From: an uncultured Candidatus Saccharibacteria bacterium
GTDB taxonomy: Bacteria; Patescibacteriota; Minisyncoccia; Phycocordibacterales; UBA12445
Assembly (NCBI GenBank): GCA_964531375.1
Contig: CAZHDO010000001.1
Location: 196,861 to 260,860 of the forward strand
Reading direction: 5' to 3'
Length of the DNA stretch: 64,000 bases
This document shows positions 17,541-27,570 of this stretch, in pieces; position 1 is the first letter of the stretch, and each line of letters opens with the position of its first letter. Below the pieces are notes generated by a model. The model worked only from the letters and a program-made list of their open reading frames with translations, did not search any database and was not told where the DNA came from. Position numbers and translations under genes: made by a program.

Positions 17541-17782
17541 AACTCGAACTCTGCTTTCCTCCTTACAGGAGCTGTACACTTATTCTGTTTTCTATTTCGT
17601 TCTCGCTCATATAAAACTATCATAAGTCCTAAACTTGGGCCCCAACCCAGATTTTCCTCTTACAGAGGCGGTACACCTGTTCCACTTTTTACTTCGCCAT
17701 TAGCTTGTAAAAATTTATCACAGGTCCTTCTTTTGGGTCCCTTTCTCCCAAACTCAGCCTCTCGGAGGCACTGTCCTAACCG
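17541..17782 (-). repeat. Degenerate ~97-bp tandem units with tRNA-like fragments upstream of tRNA-Glu
   Basis: Two alignable units (~17556-17643 and ~17653-17741). TCGAACTCTG at 17544-17553 matches the tRNA T-arm; AGGCACTGTCCTAACCG near 17766-17782 matches the tRNA 16/17. Confidence 0.6.
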
Positions 17783-17909
17783 GGTCGTGTAATTAAACCT
17801 TTATCACACTTGGAAAAATACTACAATATTTTATTGAAAAAATCCAATGAGTATGATACCTTTAATTAAATTTTGTTGTTTGAAAAAATAAAAGGCGAGG
17901 AGATTTTTG

Positions 17910-18161
17910 ATGGAAGAAATAAGAAATTGTATTGTTGCCAAGGTGTCTTTGATTTGCAATGTTCCTCATGCTGAAATTATTGGTGCTTTGAGTTCTGGTT
18001 TGGAGTGTCAAGATTTTTTGAAAACAGATTCATATTTTAAATATCTGACGACCTATAGAGACTCTTTTTCGTCTCAACTTAAGGTTGTTTCTCTGAAGAA
18101 TATTTATAGAATATTCAGTCAGAATCACAACAAGGTTGTCGTTACCACCACCGCCAGTTAG
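17910..18161 (+). CDS. Small hypothetical protein
   Basis: GAGGAG SD; TTGAAA-17-TACCTT promoter at 17834-17862; terminator-like hairpin at the stop. Confidence 0.6.
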   Translation: MEEIRNCIVAKVSLICNVPHAEIIGALSSGLECQDFLKTDSYFKYLTTYRDSFSSQLKVVSLKNIYRIFSQNHNKVVVTTTAS

Positions 18162-18219
18162 GGGGTGGTTTTTTTATTGCAAAAATGAGTATCTTTTAAA
18201 ATTATGTTAGAATTTAAAT

Positions 18220-19263
18220 ATGACAATTTATATATTATTTGGAATATTGCTTGGGGTGATTGTTGGGGGCGCTGTTTTTTATTTTTTATCAAATAAAGAT
18301 AGCTCAGGTGAAAAAGAGGAGGGAAGTATGTTGCTTATTCAAAATCAGATAAATGATCTGGCCAAGAGATTAGACAGGAGGATGGAGGATTCTCAGCGCG
18401 CAATGTCTTCTTCTATGAATACCCAGTTTGGTCATATTAAGGAAATTACTGAATCATTAGTGAGACTTGATGAGACCAACAAACAAGTGGTCAATTTTGC
18501 TGAGCAACTTCAAGGACTGCAGGATATACTAAAGAACCCAAAGCAACGCGGTGTTCTTGGTGAGTATTACCTAGAGACTGTTTTAAAAAACGTTCTTCCT
18601 CCGGGAAAATTTCAGATGCAATATGGTTTTAAGAATGGAGAGATTGTTGATGCTGTTATTTTCTTGGATAAGGACAAGATACTTCCAATTGATTCGAAAT
18701 TCTCACTTGAAAATTATAATAAGATAATTACCGAACGTGACCCGGTAGAAAAAGAAAAATATGAAAAAACATTTAGACAAGACTTAAAAAATAGAATCGA
18801 TGAAACTTCGAAGTATATAAGACCAGAAGAGAATACTATGGATTTTGCTTTTATGTTTATTCCTTCTGAAGCTATTTACTATGATTTGCTTATTAATCAA
18901 GTCGGTGCGGTTAAGGCAAGTACAAGAGACCTTATAGAATATGCATTTCACCAGAGGCGTGTAATCATAGTTTCCCCAACATCCTTTATGGCATATTTAC
19001 AGACGGTGCTTCAAGGGCTTCGAGCTTTGCAAATAGAGGAGTCTGCGAAAGAAATAAAGAAGAGGGTTGAAGACTTGGGTAAACATTTGGCTAATTATGA
19101 CCAGTTTATGAATTCAGTTGGATCTTCGCTTCAAGCTACGGTCAATCATTATAATAAAGCCACGAAAGAGTTTAAGAAGTTGGATAAGGACGTGCTTAGG
19201 ATAAACGGCGATGCTATTGGTTTATCAGAAAATCTTATTGATACAAAAATAAACGAGGAATAA
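18220..19263 (+). CDS. rmuC: DNA recombination protein RmuC
   Basis: N-terminal TM, coiled coil, KQRGVLGE, LPIDSKF, DFAFMFIPSE, IVSPTS. Confidence 0.93.
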   Translation: MTIYILFGILLGVIVGGAVFYFLSNKDSSGEKEEGSMLLIQNQINDLAKRLDRRMEDSQRAMSSSMNTQFGHIKEITESLVRLDETNKQVVNFAEQLQGLQDILKNPKQRGVLGEYYLETVLKNVLPPGKFQMQYGFKNGEIVDAVIFLDKDKILPIDSKFSLENYNKIITERDPVEKEKYEKTFRQDLKNRIDETSKYIRPEENTMDFAFMFIPSEAIYYDLLINQVGAVKASTRDLIEYAFHQRRVIIVSPTSFMAYLQTVLQGLRALQIEESAKEIKKRVEDLGKHLANYDQFMNSVGSSLQATVNHYNKATKEFKKLDKDVLRINGDAIGLSENLIDTKINEE

Positions 19264-19329
19264 TGGTAAATAAGGGTATTTTCCTTGGGTATTGCAATTT
19301 TTATTCATTTTAGGTAGTATATTAGCACT

Positions 19330-19659
19330 ATGAAATTCGCAGTTATACAAACAGGAGGAAAGCAATATATTGTTAAGCCAGGCGATACTATTAAGATAGA
19401 GAAGCTTGTTTCTGCTGAAAGTGATAAAATTACTGAAGGTAGTAAGGTTTCTTTTGATCAAGTATTACTAGTTGACGAGGGTGATTCCACTACCATTGGT
19501 ACACCTTATATAGACGGTGCAAAAGTATCCGGAGTTGTTACAGAAGAGGGTAGAGACAGGAAAGTAATTACAAGAAAATATAAGGCAAAGGTAAGGTATA
19601 GAAACAAGAAGGGACACAGACAGCCATATATGAACGTTTTGATTGAGGCAATAAAATAA
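19330..19659 (+). CDS. rplU: 50S ribosomal protein L21
   Basis: FAVIQTGGKQY...GHRQPY. Confidence 0.97.
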   Translation: MKFAVIQTGGKQYIVKPGDTIKIEKLVSAESDKITEGSKVSFDQVLLVDEGDSTTIGTPYIDGAKVSGVVTEEGRDRKVITRKYKAKVRYRNKKGHRQPYMNVLIEAIK

Positions 19660-19662
19660 TTT

Positions 19663-19692
19663 AAAAACCACTCATTGTTTGAGTGGTTTTTT
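19663..19692. terminator. Bidirectional terminator between rplU and recR
   Basis: AAAAACCACTCA-TTGTT-TGAGTGGTTTTTT. Confidence 0.8.
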
Positions 19693-19704
19693 GTTTTGTA
19701 TTTT

Positions 19705-20316
19705 TTACTCCCTGTTCTTTAATGCATTTTTAATTGTATCTGAGTCGGAGTATTCTAGCTCTGTACCAGTAGACAAACCTCTCCCTAGAACTGATATTTT
19801 TATTTGTCTTGTTGTGGAAATATTTTCTAAAACCTGCTTGAGGTAATCAGTTGTATGGTCTCCCTCTGTGTTTGCTGATAGTGCAATGATTATTTCTTTG
19901 AGTTCTGGGGTTGTCTCAATTTCTTTTAATAACTCTTCCTGCTTTATTTTACTAAGTGGGGTTTTTTCTAAGATTTGAAGAAGGCCACCAAGAACGAAAT
20001 ACATTCCATTGTATCCATTTGAGCGTTCGATGTTTTCGAGGTCGACGTCTTTTGCAACAACCATGAGCTTAGATTTATCTCTGTTTGGGCTAACACAAAT
20101 ATGACAAACTTGAATATCATGTCGATTATTATTGAAAAAACGTTTGCATTTAAAACAAGAGGTCGTCTCTTTTTTTAAGTCTAAAATCAGGTCAGCAATT
20201 TGCTTATTTGAATACTCATTTTGGTTTAGTAAATGATAGACAAACCTTTTAGCTTGCCTTGGCCCAATACCAGGAAAGCGTGAAAATATTTCAGTTAATT
20301 TTTGAATTGAATCCAT
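19705..20316 (-). CDS. recR: Recombination mediator RecR
   Basis: FPGIGPRQAKR HhH, C4 zinc finger, YFVLGG, EGDHT Toprim. Confidence 0.95.
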   Translation of the reverse strand: MDSIQKLTEIFSRFPGIGPRQAKRFVYHLLNQNEYSNKQIADLILDLKKETTSCFKCKRFFNNNRHDIQVCHICVSPNRDKSKLMVVAKDVDLENIERSNGYNGMYFVLGGLLQILEKTPLSKIKQEELLKEIETTPELKEIIIALSANTEGDHTTDYLKQVLENISTTRQIKISVLGRGLSTGTELEYSDSDTIKNALKNRE

Positions 20317-20326
20317 TTTTCAATAA

Positions 20327-21718
20327 TTAAAAATCTCCAAATGCAGATGCAGTATTATTTCCTCCGCCATGGTCTGATGTATCAATGTTTTTGAAGCTCA
20401 CTCTTTCTTGGTCGAAATAGAGATCGGTTTCTCCTGTCGGACCGTTTCGGTGTTTTGCAATTATAATTTTAGCAATATTTGGTCTAGAGGAGTTTTTGTC
20501 TATCTTATCTTCTCTGTGTATGAATAATACAACGTCCGCGTCCTGTTCAATAGATCCTGAATCTCTTAAATCTGAAAGTCTAGGTTCACCACCTCTTTTT
20601 TCGACGTCTCTGTTTAGCTGTGACAGTGCTAGTACTGGGACCTCCATCTCTCTGGCAAATATTTTAAGTGATCTAGAAATCTCAGTAATTTGTTGAACGA
20701 TAGAATCGGAGCTCTTGTGTGGAACCATGAGTTGTAGGTAGTCAACGACGACGAGACCAAGTCCTGATTCTCGTTTAAGTTTTCTGGCTACCGAACGCAT
20801 TCGCATAATGTTATTGCTCGATTCGTCATCTATAAAGATTGGGGCCTTGGACAGTCTTTCCATTGAATCTCTGATGGCAATAAATTCATCGTCGGTGGAT
20901 AGTTTACCTGTTCTGAGTTTCCATGAGTCAACTCCAGATTCTGCGGATAGCATTCTGTCTACTAATTGCTGTGAGCTCATTTCAAGAGAAAACACCCCTA
21001 CAGGAACGTTGTGCTTGCAAGCAGCCTGTCTTGCTATATCAAGCGCAAGACTCGTCTTACCGCAAGATGGACGCGCTGCAAGGATTATTAGGTCTGATTT
21101 TTGTAAACCTGCTAGTTTGGTGTCTAATCCATTAAAACCTGTTGGAATACCTCTAATTTCTTCATCTGATTTTTGTAGTCTATCTAATCTGTCCCAGGCT
21201 TCAGTGAGGGTTTGCTTAATGTTGACGAATTTATTTCTTAGAAATGAACCGCTTATTCCGTATACCTTTTTTTCTGCCATATCGAGAATTTCATCAATCT
21301 CTTTGCCTTCATTGAATCCAAGTTCAGAAATATGATCTCCTGATTCTATTAGTTTTCTTAGAATTGCTTTTTTTTGAATAATTCTCGCATAATGTTCTGT
21401 GTTTGTGGAAGAGGGAACTGAGTTTACGAGTTCAGCAAGGTAACTTGAACCACCAGCTTGTTCAAGATTATTTTTTTCCTTTAATCGTGAAGAAAGAGAC
21501 ACGATGTCTATTGGTTCTCCTTTATTATAAAGATCAAATACCGCTTTAAAAACATTGGAATTTTTTCCAGAGTAAAAAGATTCGTGGTCAATTAAGTCTG
21601 CAATGTCCGGAATGACTTGTGGTTTCATTAGGAGACCACCCAATAGTGCTTTCTCTGCATCAATGTCGTGAGGAGGAGTTCTGAGCGCTGATTTAATTTG
21701 TTTCATTTCATTTGCCAT
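20327..21718 (-). CDS. dnaB: Replicative DNA helicase
   Basis: AARPSCGKT, FSLEMS, VVDYLQL, LSQLNR, DLRDSGSIEQDAD, KHRNGPTG; no intein. Confidence 0.97.
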   Translation of the reverse strand: MANEMKQIKSALRTPPHDIDAEKALLGGLLMKPQVIPDIADLIDHESFYSGKNSNVFKAVFDLYNKGEPIDIVSLSSRLKEKNNLEQAGGSSYLAELVNSVPSSTNTEHYARIIQKKAILRKLIESGDHISELGFNEGKEIDEILDMAEKKVYGISGSFLRNKFVNIKQTLTEAWDRLDRLQKSDEEIRGIPTGFNGLDTKLAGLQKSDLIILAARPSCGKTSLALDIARQAACKHNVPVGVFSLEMSSQQLVDRMLSAESGVDSWKLRTGKLSTDDEFIAIRDSMERLSKAPIFIDDESSNNIMRMRSVARKLKRESGLGLVVVDYLQLMVPHKSSDSIVQQITEISRSLKIFAREMEVPVLALSQLNRDVEKRGGEPRLSDLRDSGSIEQDADVVLFIHREDKIDKNSSRPNIAKIIIAKHRNGPTGETDLYFDQERVSFKNIDTSDHGGGNNTASAFGDF

Positions 21719-21881
21719 GAATACAATCTACCATATGAAGGTTTTTGTAAAAAGCTTGAATGGTTTTTAATATATTATAAAAATAGTTTTTATGCTTATT
21801 ATTTTGTGTTTTTGATTTTAGCCTTATTTATTAATGATAAATTGAATTTATTTATACACATCTTGTTCACAGTTCTTCTCG

Positions 21882-21910
21882 TTGACGGTTTTCTGTATAG
21901 TACATACAAT
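21882..21910 (+). promoter_or_regulatory. Sigma70-type promoter for ORF 21987, preceded by two DnaA-box-like 9-mers
   Basis: TTGACG-17-TACAAT; TTATACACA at 21852-21860 and TTGTTCACA at 21863-21871. Confidence 0.6.
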
Positions 21911-21986
21911 TTAGAAGTAGCTTTTGTTCTTTTAAAACTTAAAAACATCCCAGTAAAAAATTCAGAAAAGGAGGTGATAAAACATC

Positions 21987-22583
21987 ATGGTAGAGTTAAA
22001 TTCTAAGAATTTCTTTTTATTGAAGATTGAGCTCAACAAAAGAGTCGATAATGGAGAAATAATTCTCGACCGGTTGCGGTGGTTTGTTAATCTGGACAAA
22101 GAAGAAATAAAGCGTTTGTCAGGAATTAACGTTGTTGAAATGGACAAGGTCAGATTGTTTTCTCGATATCGAGCACTTGTTGATTATAATAAAACAGTTA
22201 AAGAAATGCTCGACCATGTTAAATGTGAACATTTTGAATCTCGTATTTTTTCTTTGTTTCCTGTCGAGGGTGGAGGGGAAAGACATCGCGATTTTGAAAT
22301 ACTGCATTTTAAAAAGCCGATTTCTTTCTTGGAAGTAAAAGAAAAAATAAAAGAAATTGGCCTTGTTGATTCTTCATTGATTGAATTGCTCTCTTTTGTT
22401 TATCAGTACCCTTCTTTTCAGGTTGATTTTCCAATTGTAGCTTTGGGTTCTGAAAGAATTATAAATGGTCACAAAATGGCTGTTTTTATTCAAGAAGAAG
22501 GCCAAGAGGGTCCTCGATTAGGACTAAAACTTTTGGAAGATGATTGGGATGAATGGTTTCGTGTTTTGGCTGTCAGAAAATGA
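21987..22583 (+). CDS. Hypothetical protein
   Basis: 198 aa, strong SD AAGGAGGTGA, own promoter and terminator. Confidence 0.82.
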   Translation: MVELNSKNFFLLKIELNKRVDNGEIILDRLRWFVNLDKEEIKRLSGINVVEMDKVRLFSRYRALVDYNKTVKEMLDHVKCEHFESRIFSLFPVEGGGERHRDFEILHFKKPISFLEVKEKIKEIGLVDSSLIELLSFVYQYPSFQVDFPIVALGSERIINGHKMAVFIQEEGQEGPRLGLKLLEDDWDEWFRVLAVRK

Positions 22584-22602
22584 CAATACCAATACGAAAC
22601 GC

Positions 22603-22634
22603 AAAGCTCCATACATGCGTGTATGGAGCTTTTT
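22603..22634. terminator. Terminator between ORF 21987 and thrS
   Basis: AAAGCTCCATACA-TGCG-TGTATGGAGCTTTTT. Confidence 0.8.
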
Positions 22635-22645
22635 CACATGAGATT

Positions 22646-24391
22646 TTATTTTCTCTCCTTAATTTCTTCGTTTACTATTTTTGAGAATTCATCGATTGTC
22701 ATTGTTCCAACGTTTCCTTTTCGACTTTCTACGGTCACCATACCAGAAGTAGCTTCTTTCTCTCCTAAAATAAGCATATACGGAATTTTCTTTTTCTTAC
22801 TTTCACGAACTTTTTTCCCAAGAGTTTCGTTGCTTGTGTCTAAGTCGACTCGAATGTCTTGATTTTTTAATATTTCAGAGATTGTTTCGGCATACTTAGC
22901 TTGTTTTTCCCCAATTGGAATTATTGAAACTTGAGTTGGGGACAGCCAAACAGGGAAGAGCCCGGCATAATGCTCAATAAGGAATCCAATAAATCTTTCA
23001 TGGGTCCCAAGTGGCGCCCTATGGATACATAATGGTGTTATTTCATTATTTTTCTCATCTTTGTATGTCAGTCCAAATCTTTTGGGAACTGCAAAGTCGA
23101 CTTGATTTGTTGCTAGTGTAAATTCTCTACCAATAGCACTCCAAACCTGAACATCAATTTTTGGTCCATAAAAAGCTGCTTCGTTTGGAATTTCAACATA
23201 AGGAATTTTTGCGTCGATTAAAACCTGTCGAACCATATCCTCAGTTTCTTTCCAAAGGGCGGGTTCGTTTACAAATTTTTCTCCAAGTCTTTTTGGGTCG
23301 TGTGTCGAAAACCTCATAACATACTTTTTAATGCCAAAAAGTTCGAAGTATTTAAGATACATATCGTTAACCGCTTTAAATTCACTTTCGAATTGTTCGC
23401 GAGTGCAATAAATATGCGCATCGTTCATTTCTAAGACTCGCACTCTCATTAAGCCAAAGAGTTCTCCTGATTTTTCGTGTCTATATACTGTTCCATATTC
23501 TGCTAATCTAAGAGGAAGTTCTCTGTAGCTTCTTCCCCGTGCACCAAATATTTTATGATGATGAGGACAGTTCATTGCCTTTAAATAATATTTCCCACCC
23601 TCGTATTCCATAGGAGGAAACATTCCGTCTTTGTAGTATGGAAGATGTCCACTTTTTAAATACATTGATTCTTTCGCGATGTGGGGGGTTCTAACTCTTA
23701 CATATCCGGCCTTTGTTTCTGTCTCTTTGGCTAATTTTTCCAATTCATCTACGATTATGGTCCCATTTGGCATCCATAGAGGGAGTCCTGGACCAACATC
23801 ATCGTCAAAGGTAAATAATTCCATCTCCTTGCCAATTTTCCTATGGTCTCTTTTTTCTGCTTCGGCAATCATTGTTAGATAAGCATCAAGTTCTTCCTTT
23901 GTCTCAAAAGCTAATCCGTAAATTCTAGTTAGCATTTCGTTTTCTTCGCTTCCTTTCCAGTATGCACCGGCAATTCTTGAAAGTTTGAAAGCGTCTGTGT
24001 TTATTTCTTTTGTATTGCTCACGTGTGGGCCCTTGCAAAGGTCTGTAAAGTCCCCAGATGTATAAATACTTAAATCAGCTTTCTCGTTTTCAAGATCTTC
24101 TATAAGCTCCATCTTAAATGGTTGTTTAGCAAAAAGATCCTCGGCTTCTTCAAATGTTATTTTCTTACTTACGAAGTCAATTTTTCCAGAAATCAACTTT
24201 TTCATTGCTTTCTCTATGTCTTTCAAATCTTCGTCCTTAATAGGTTTCGATAGTAAGAAATCATAATAAAATCCATTATCAATGGTTGGGCCAATGCCGA
24301 TTTTTGCTTCTGGGTCCTTTTTTAGTACAGCCATTGCTAAGATGTGGGCGAGTGAGTGTCTTATGTTGTGAATTTTTTGTTCGTTTTCCAT
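22646..24391 (-). CDS. thrS: Threonyl-tRNA synthetase (no N-terminal TGS)
   Basis: RHSLAH, DLCKGPH, RDHRKIG, KAMNCPHH, AAFYGPKID, HRAPLGTHERF. Confidence 0.97.
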   Translation of the reverse strand: MENEQKIHNIRHSLAHILAMAVLKKDPEAKIGIGPTIDNGFYYDFLLSKPIKDEDLKDIEKAMKKLISGKIDFVSKKITFEEAEDLFAKQPFKMELIEDLENEKADLSIYTSGDFTDLCKGPHVSNTKEINTDAFKLSRIAGAYWKGSEENEMLTRIYGLAFETKEELDAYLTMIAEAEKRDHRKIGKEMELFTFDDDVGPGLPLWMPNGTIIVDELEKLAKETETKAGYVRVRTPHIAKESMYLKSGHLPYYKDGMFPPMEYEGGKYYLKAMNCPHHHKIFGARGRSYRELPLRLAEYGTVYRHEKSGELFGLMRVRVLEMNDAHIYCTREQFESEFKAVNDMYLKYFELFGIKKYVMRFSTHDPKRLGEKFVNEPALWKETEDMVRQVLIDAKIPYVEIPNEAAFYGPKIDVQVWSAIGREFTLATNQVDFAVPKRFGLTYKDEKNNEITPLCIHRAPLGTHERFIGFLIEHYAGLFPVWLSPTQVSIIPIGEKQAKYAETISEILKNQDIRVDLDTSNETLGKKVRESKKKKIPYMLILGEKEATSGMVTVESRKGNVGTMTIDEFSKIVNEEIKERK

Positions 24392-24559
24392 TTGAGATTT
24401 ATTGTTATAAATAAATGATAATTTAACTTAAATAAATGCTATCACATTAAAATTTTAAATTAAAGCTTTACGTTTTGTTAAATTTCAATTACTTGTTTTT
24501 GTTTTTATGGTAGAATTAAAAATTATTAGCGTTTGTTTTTATTAGTTAACATAATTTAA

Positions 24560-24847
24560 ATGAACTTAATAGAATCTAGTTTTCCAAAAGTTAAAAAAGA
24601 GTCGGTTGCTGGTAAGGATGTTGAAAAATCAGTTATTAGTAAAGAAGTTTTTGAATCAGCCCGTAAACGTCTTATAGAGCAACTTGGTTATAAAGATGTT
24701 GATGATCTTGTTGTTGAGAATTATTTAGCTTTGATTGGTAATGCAGAAAAAGATAAAAAAAATAAGGAATACGAGGATAAGTTAAAAAAATTAAGGGAAG
24801 AGAGCGCACAGCAAGAAAAAGATAAGAATAGAGAATTAGCTGCATAA
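24560..24847 (+). CDS. Small charged hypothetical protein
   Basis: 95-aa K/E-rich ORF ending in ELAA. Confidence 0.65.
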   Translation: MNLIESSFPKVKKESVAGKDVEKSVISKEVFESARKRLIEQLGYKDVDDLVVENYLALIGNAEKDKKNKEYEDKLKKLREESAQQEKDKNRELAA

Positions 24848-24859
24848 TATACAATTTAA

Positions 24860-25723
24860 ATGGACGGAGAAAAACAGATAAAAGATAAAGCAATTTTATT
24901 CTTTTCGATAATTTTAGTTTCCGAATTGGTTATTTTTTTTGTAACTAATATATTTGCACTTTTGATATCTGTTGTTGTTACTGCTGTATCTTTTTGGTAT
25001 TTTTGGCAGGATAGTTTAAAAAGGGAGAAAATAAAAAATCAATTTATAGAAATTGTTACTCATAGATTCCGAACACCAATTTCGATTATTGGTTGGTCTG
25101 TGGATGCACTGGAAACAGAAATAGATATTACACAGAGAAGGGAGGAGGTGAAGAGAATTAGAAATTCGCTTGAGAAGATTCAGGAGGTCGTTGGTACTTT
25201 GGTCGGTGTCACTCAAGTCAACGAGAGGGTTTTTTATCATTTTGAGCAAGTAAATTTCAGGATATTGATTGAAGAAGTTTTGGCTGGTAATTTCAAAAAG
25301 AGAATGGAGGAGAAGGGGATTATTTTTACTCTTAATGTTCCCGTAAGTTTGCCATATATATATGCAGACAATAAACGCATAAAGTTTGTTTTAAAAAATT
25401 TAATAGAAAACGCTATTTTATACACACCGCGTGGTGGTTATGTGGAGCTGGGTGTTAAAGAAAATGAAGACTCTATCGTTTTTAGCGTTACTGATACTGG
25501 TATCGGAATCGATAAGGACGGTCTTCGGGACGTTTTTTCTGGTTTTTATAGATCAAAAGAGGCGAAGCTTTCTGATACAGAGGGAATGGGTCTCGGGTTA
25601 TACGTTTCAAAAAAAATAATAGAAAATCACCACGGTAGAATTTGGGCCGAATCAGATGGTGTTGGTAAGGGTTCAACCTTTTTTGTTGAATTTAAGATTG
25701 ATCAATATAAGCAAATAATTTAA
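24860..25723 (+). CDS. Membrane sensor histidine kinase
   Basis: Two TMs, H-box THRFRTP, N-box NLIENAILYT, DTGIGI, GMGLGL, GKGSTF. Confidence 0.92.
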   Translation: MDGEKQIKDKAILFFSIILVSELVIFFVTNIFALLISVVVTAVSFWYFWQDSLKREKIKNQFIEIVTHRFRTPISIIGWSVDALETEIDITQRREEVKRIRNSLEKIQEVVGTLVGVTQVNERVFYHFEQVNFRILIEEVLAGNFKKRMEEKGIIFTLNVPVSLPYIYADNKRIKFVLKNLIENAILYTPRGGYVELGVKENEDSIVFSVTDTGIGIDKDGLRDVFSGFYRSKEAKLSDTEGMGLGLYVSKKIIENHHGRIWAESDGVGKGSTFFVEFKIDQYKQII

Positions 25724-25764
25724 TTATTTTGTGTCTTGTGTTGTATTGTAGTAAAATTTAGTAA

Positions 25765-27555
25765 ATGAAAAAAATATTAGAAATTTTTACGAATTCTTTT
25801 AAAATTCTATCTTCTGTTTGGGAGGATTGGGGTTATCGTACTATTGTTTATTATTTTCTTGTTTTGCTTGAGGGGCTTGGTCTTTATTTTGTTTCATATC
25901 TTTCTGGTCAGATTATAAACCAATTAGGTAACCCTCAATTGATAATGGGTTACAACGGGGCTTATTTTTGGATGGTAGTTTTTATATTAACTATTCTCGC
26001 CATCCAGATTTTTTTTGCCGTTTCGTCGTATCTAGATATGGCTTTTTTTCTTTTTCTTCAAGAGAAGTTTGGTATGATGATTGTAGATAAAAAAAGTGAG
26101 CTAGATATCGCATCACAAGAAAATCCCAAATATTCTGATTTAATTGGAAGAGTTACCGAGAACAACTGGAGGGTTAATAATTTTACAGATAGAATTTCCT
26201 TAATTATTTTTAATAATATACCAGCGGTTTTCGCACAAGGTGCTGTACTTTTGTTTGCGAACCCTTTGATTTTTTTAATCTTCATTGCTCTTTCCATTCC
26301 TGAATTTATAGTTCAGACACGGTTTGCAAAAAGGGTTTACAGTATTGAAGCTGATAAATCAGAGGTGAAGAGAAGGTATTGGGAAACAAGAAGTTATTTT
26401 GATAACTTAGAATATTTAACTGAATTTAAGATATATCAAAACGCCAAACATTTTTCTGGTTTAGTAAGGAGGCTTTTGAGAGATTTTAGAGACAAGGAAC
26501 TAAGGAACGATTTAGAAAGGGTTAAGTATGTTCTAGTTTCAAATTTTTTTTCAGTAACTGGTTTAGCTATCGCAGTAGTGTTTTTTGTTAATCAAGTAAT
26601 GAAAGGCGAAATTCCTATTGGTACTTTTGTATTTTATCTGGGGACGATACAGTGGTTAAGGAGGGATTTAACCAATATGTTAAGAAATTTAGGAAAGCAA
26701 ATGGAAGATAGTTCTTTTGTTACCGAACTTTTTAATTTTTTATCTATTGCGCCAGACATAGCCAGTTCTGCTAATTCTATAAAAATTAATCACGATAAAT
26801 CACCTGAAATAATTTTTGAAAATGTAAGTTTTAAATATCCCGGTACAGAAAATTATGTTTTAAATAATCTTAATTTTAAAATAAAAGCAGGAGAAAAGAT
26901 GGCGCTTGTTGGAGTTAATGGTGCAGGGAAGACAACCCTAGTTAAGCTTATCTGTCGATTTTATGATCCGACCGAGGGTAGGATTTTAATAAATGGAATC
27001 GATCTTAAGGAAGTTGATTTACCTTCGTGGTATAAAATGATAGGAATACTTTTTCAGGATTATCCGAGGTACCACTCTTTGGTAAAAGATGCAATTTCTA
27101 TTTCACGGGCAGGGGACAAAACAGATGTTCAAAAAATCAAGGATTCAGCAAAAGCCGCTGAAGCTGATATTTTTATTGACAAATGGGAGAAAAATTATGA
27201 TCAGATGTTGGGAAGACAGTTCGAGGGTGGTGTAGAGCCTTCAGTTGGACAGTGGCAGAAATTGGGTTTGGCAAGGACTTTTTACAGAGATCCGAAAGTA
27301 ATGATACTTGACGAACCAACGTCTTCTATAGATGCGGAATCAGAGGCTAAGATATTCGAAAAAATTGAATCAATTAAAGATGACAGAACCACAATTTTAA
27401 TTTCACACAGATTTTCAACCGTTAGAAAAGCTGATGGAATAATTGTAATTAAAGATGGTAAAATAATAGAGAATGGCACTCATGATGAATTAATAAAAAA
27501 GAAGAAAGTGTATTATAAACTTTTTAATATTCAGGCGAAAGGTTATAAAAAATAA
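25765..27555 (+). CDS. ABC exporter, fused permease/ATP-binding protein
   Basis: GVNGAGKTT, SVGQWQK, ILDEPT, ISHRFSTVR. Confidence 0.92.
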   Translation: MKKILEIFTNSFKILSSVWEDWGYRTIVYYFLVLLEGLGLYFVSYLSGQIINQLGNPQLIMGYNGAYFWMVVFILTILAIQIFFAVSSYLDMAFFLFLQEKFGMMIVDKKSELDIASQENPKYSDLIGRVTENNWRVNNFTDRISLIIFNNIPAVFAQGAVLLFANPLIFLIFIALSIPEFIVQTRFAKRVYSIEADKSEVKRRYWETRSYFDNLEYLTEFKIYQNAKHFSGLVRRLLRDFRDKELRNDLERVKYVLVSNFFSVTGLAIAVVFFVNQVMKGEIPIGTFVFYLGTIQWLRRDLTNMLRNLGKQMEDSSFVTELFNFLSIAPDIASSANSIKINHDKSPEIIFENVSFKYPGTENYVLNNLNFKIKAGEKMALVGVNGAGKTTLVKLICRFYDPTEGRILINGIDLKEVDLPSWYKMIGILFQDYPRYHSLVKDAISISRAGDKTDVQKIKDSAKAAEADIFIDKWEKNYDQMLGRQFEGGVEPSVGQWQKLGLARTFYRDPKVMILDEPTSSIDAESEAKIFEKIESIKDDRTTILISHRFSTVRKADGIIVIKDGKIIENGTHDELIKKKKVYYKLFNIQAKGYKK

Positions 27556-27570
27556 ATTAATAATATAAAT

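Noticed and set aside
17394-17579. 61-aa ORF on the minus strand
   Set aside because: Overlaps tRNA-Glu; not protein-like.
13866-17782. CRISPR array
   Set aside because: Repeats are few, degenerate and irregularly spaced; no cas genes are present.
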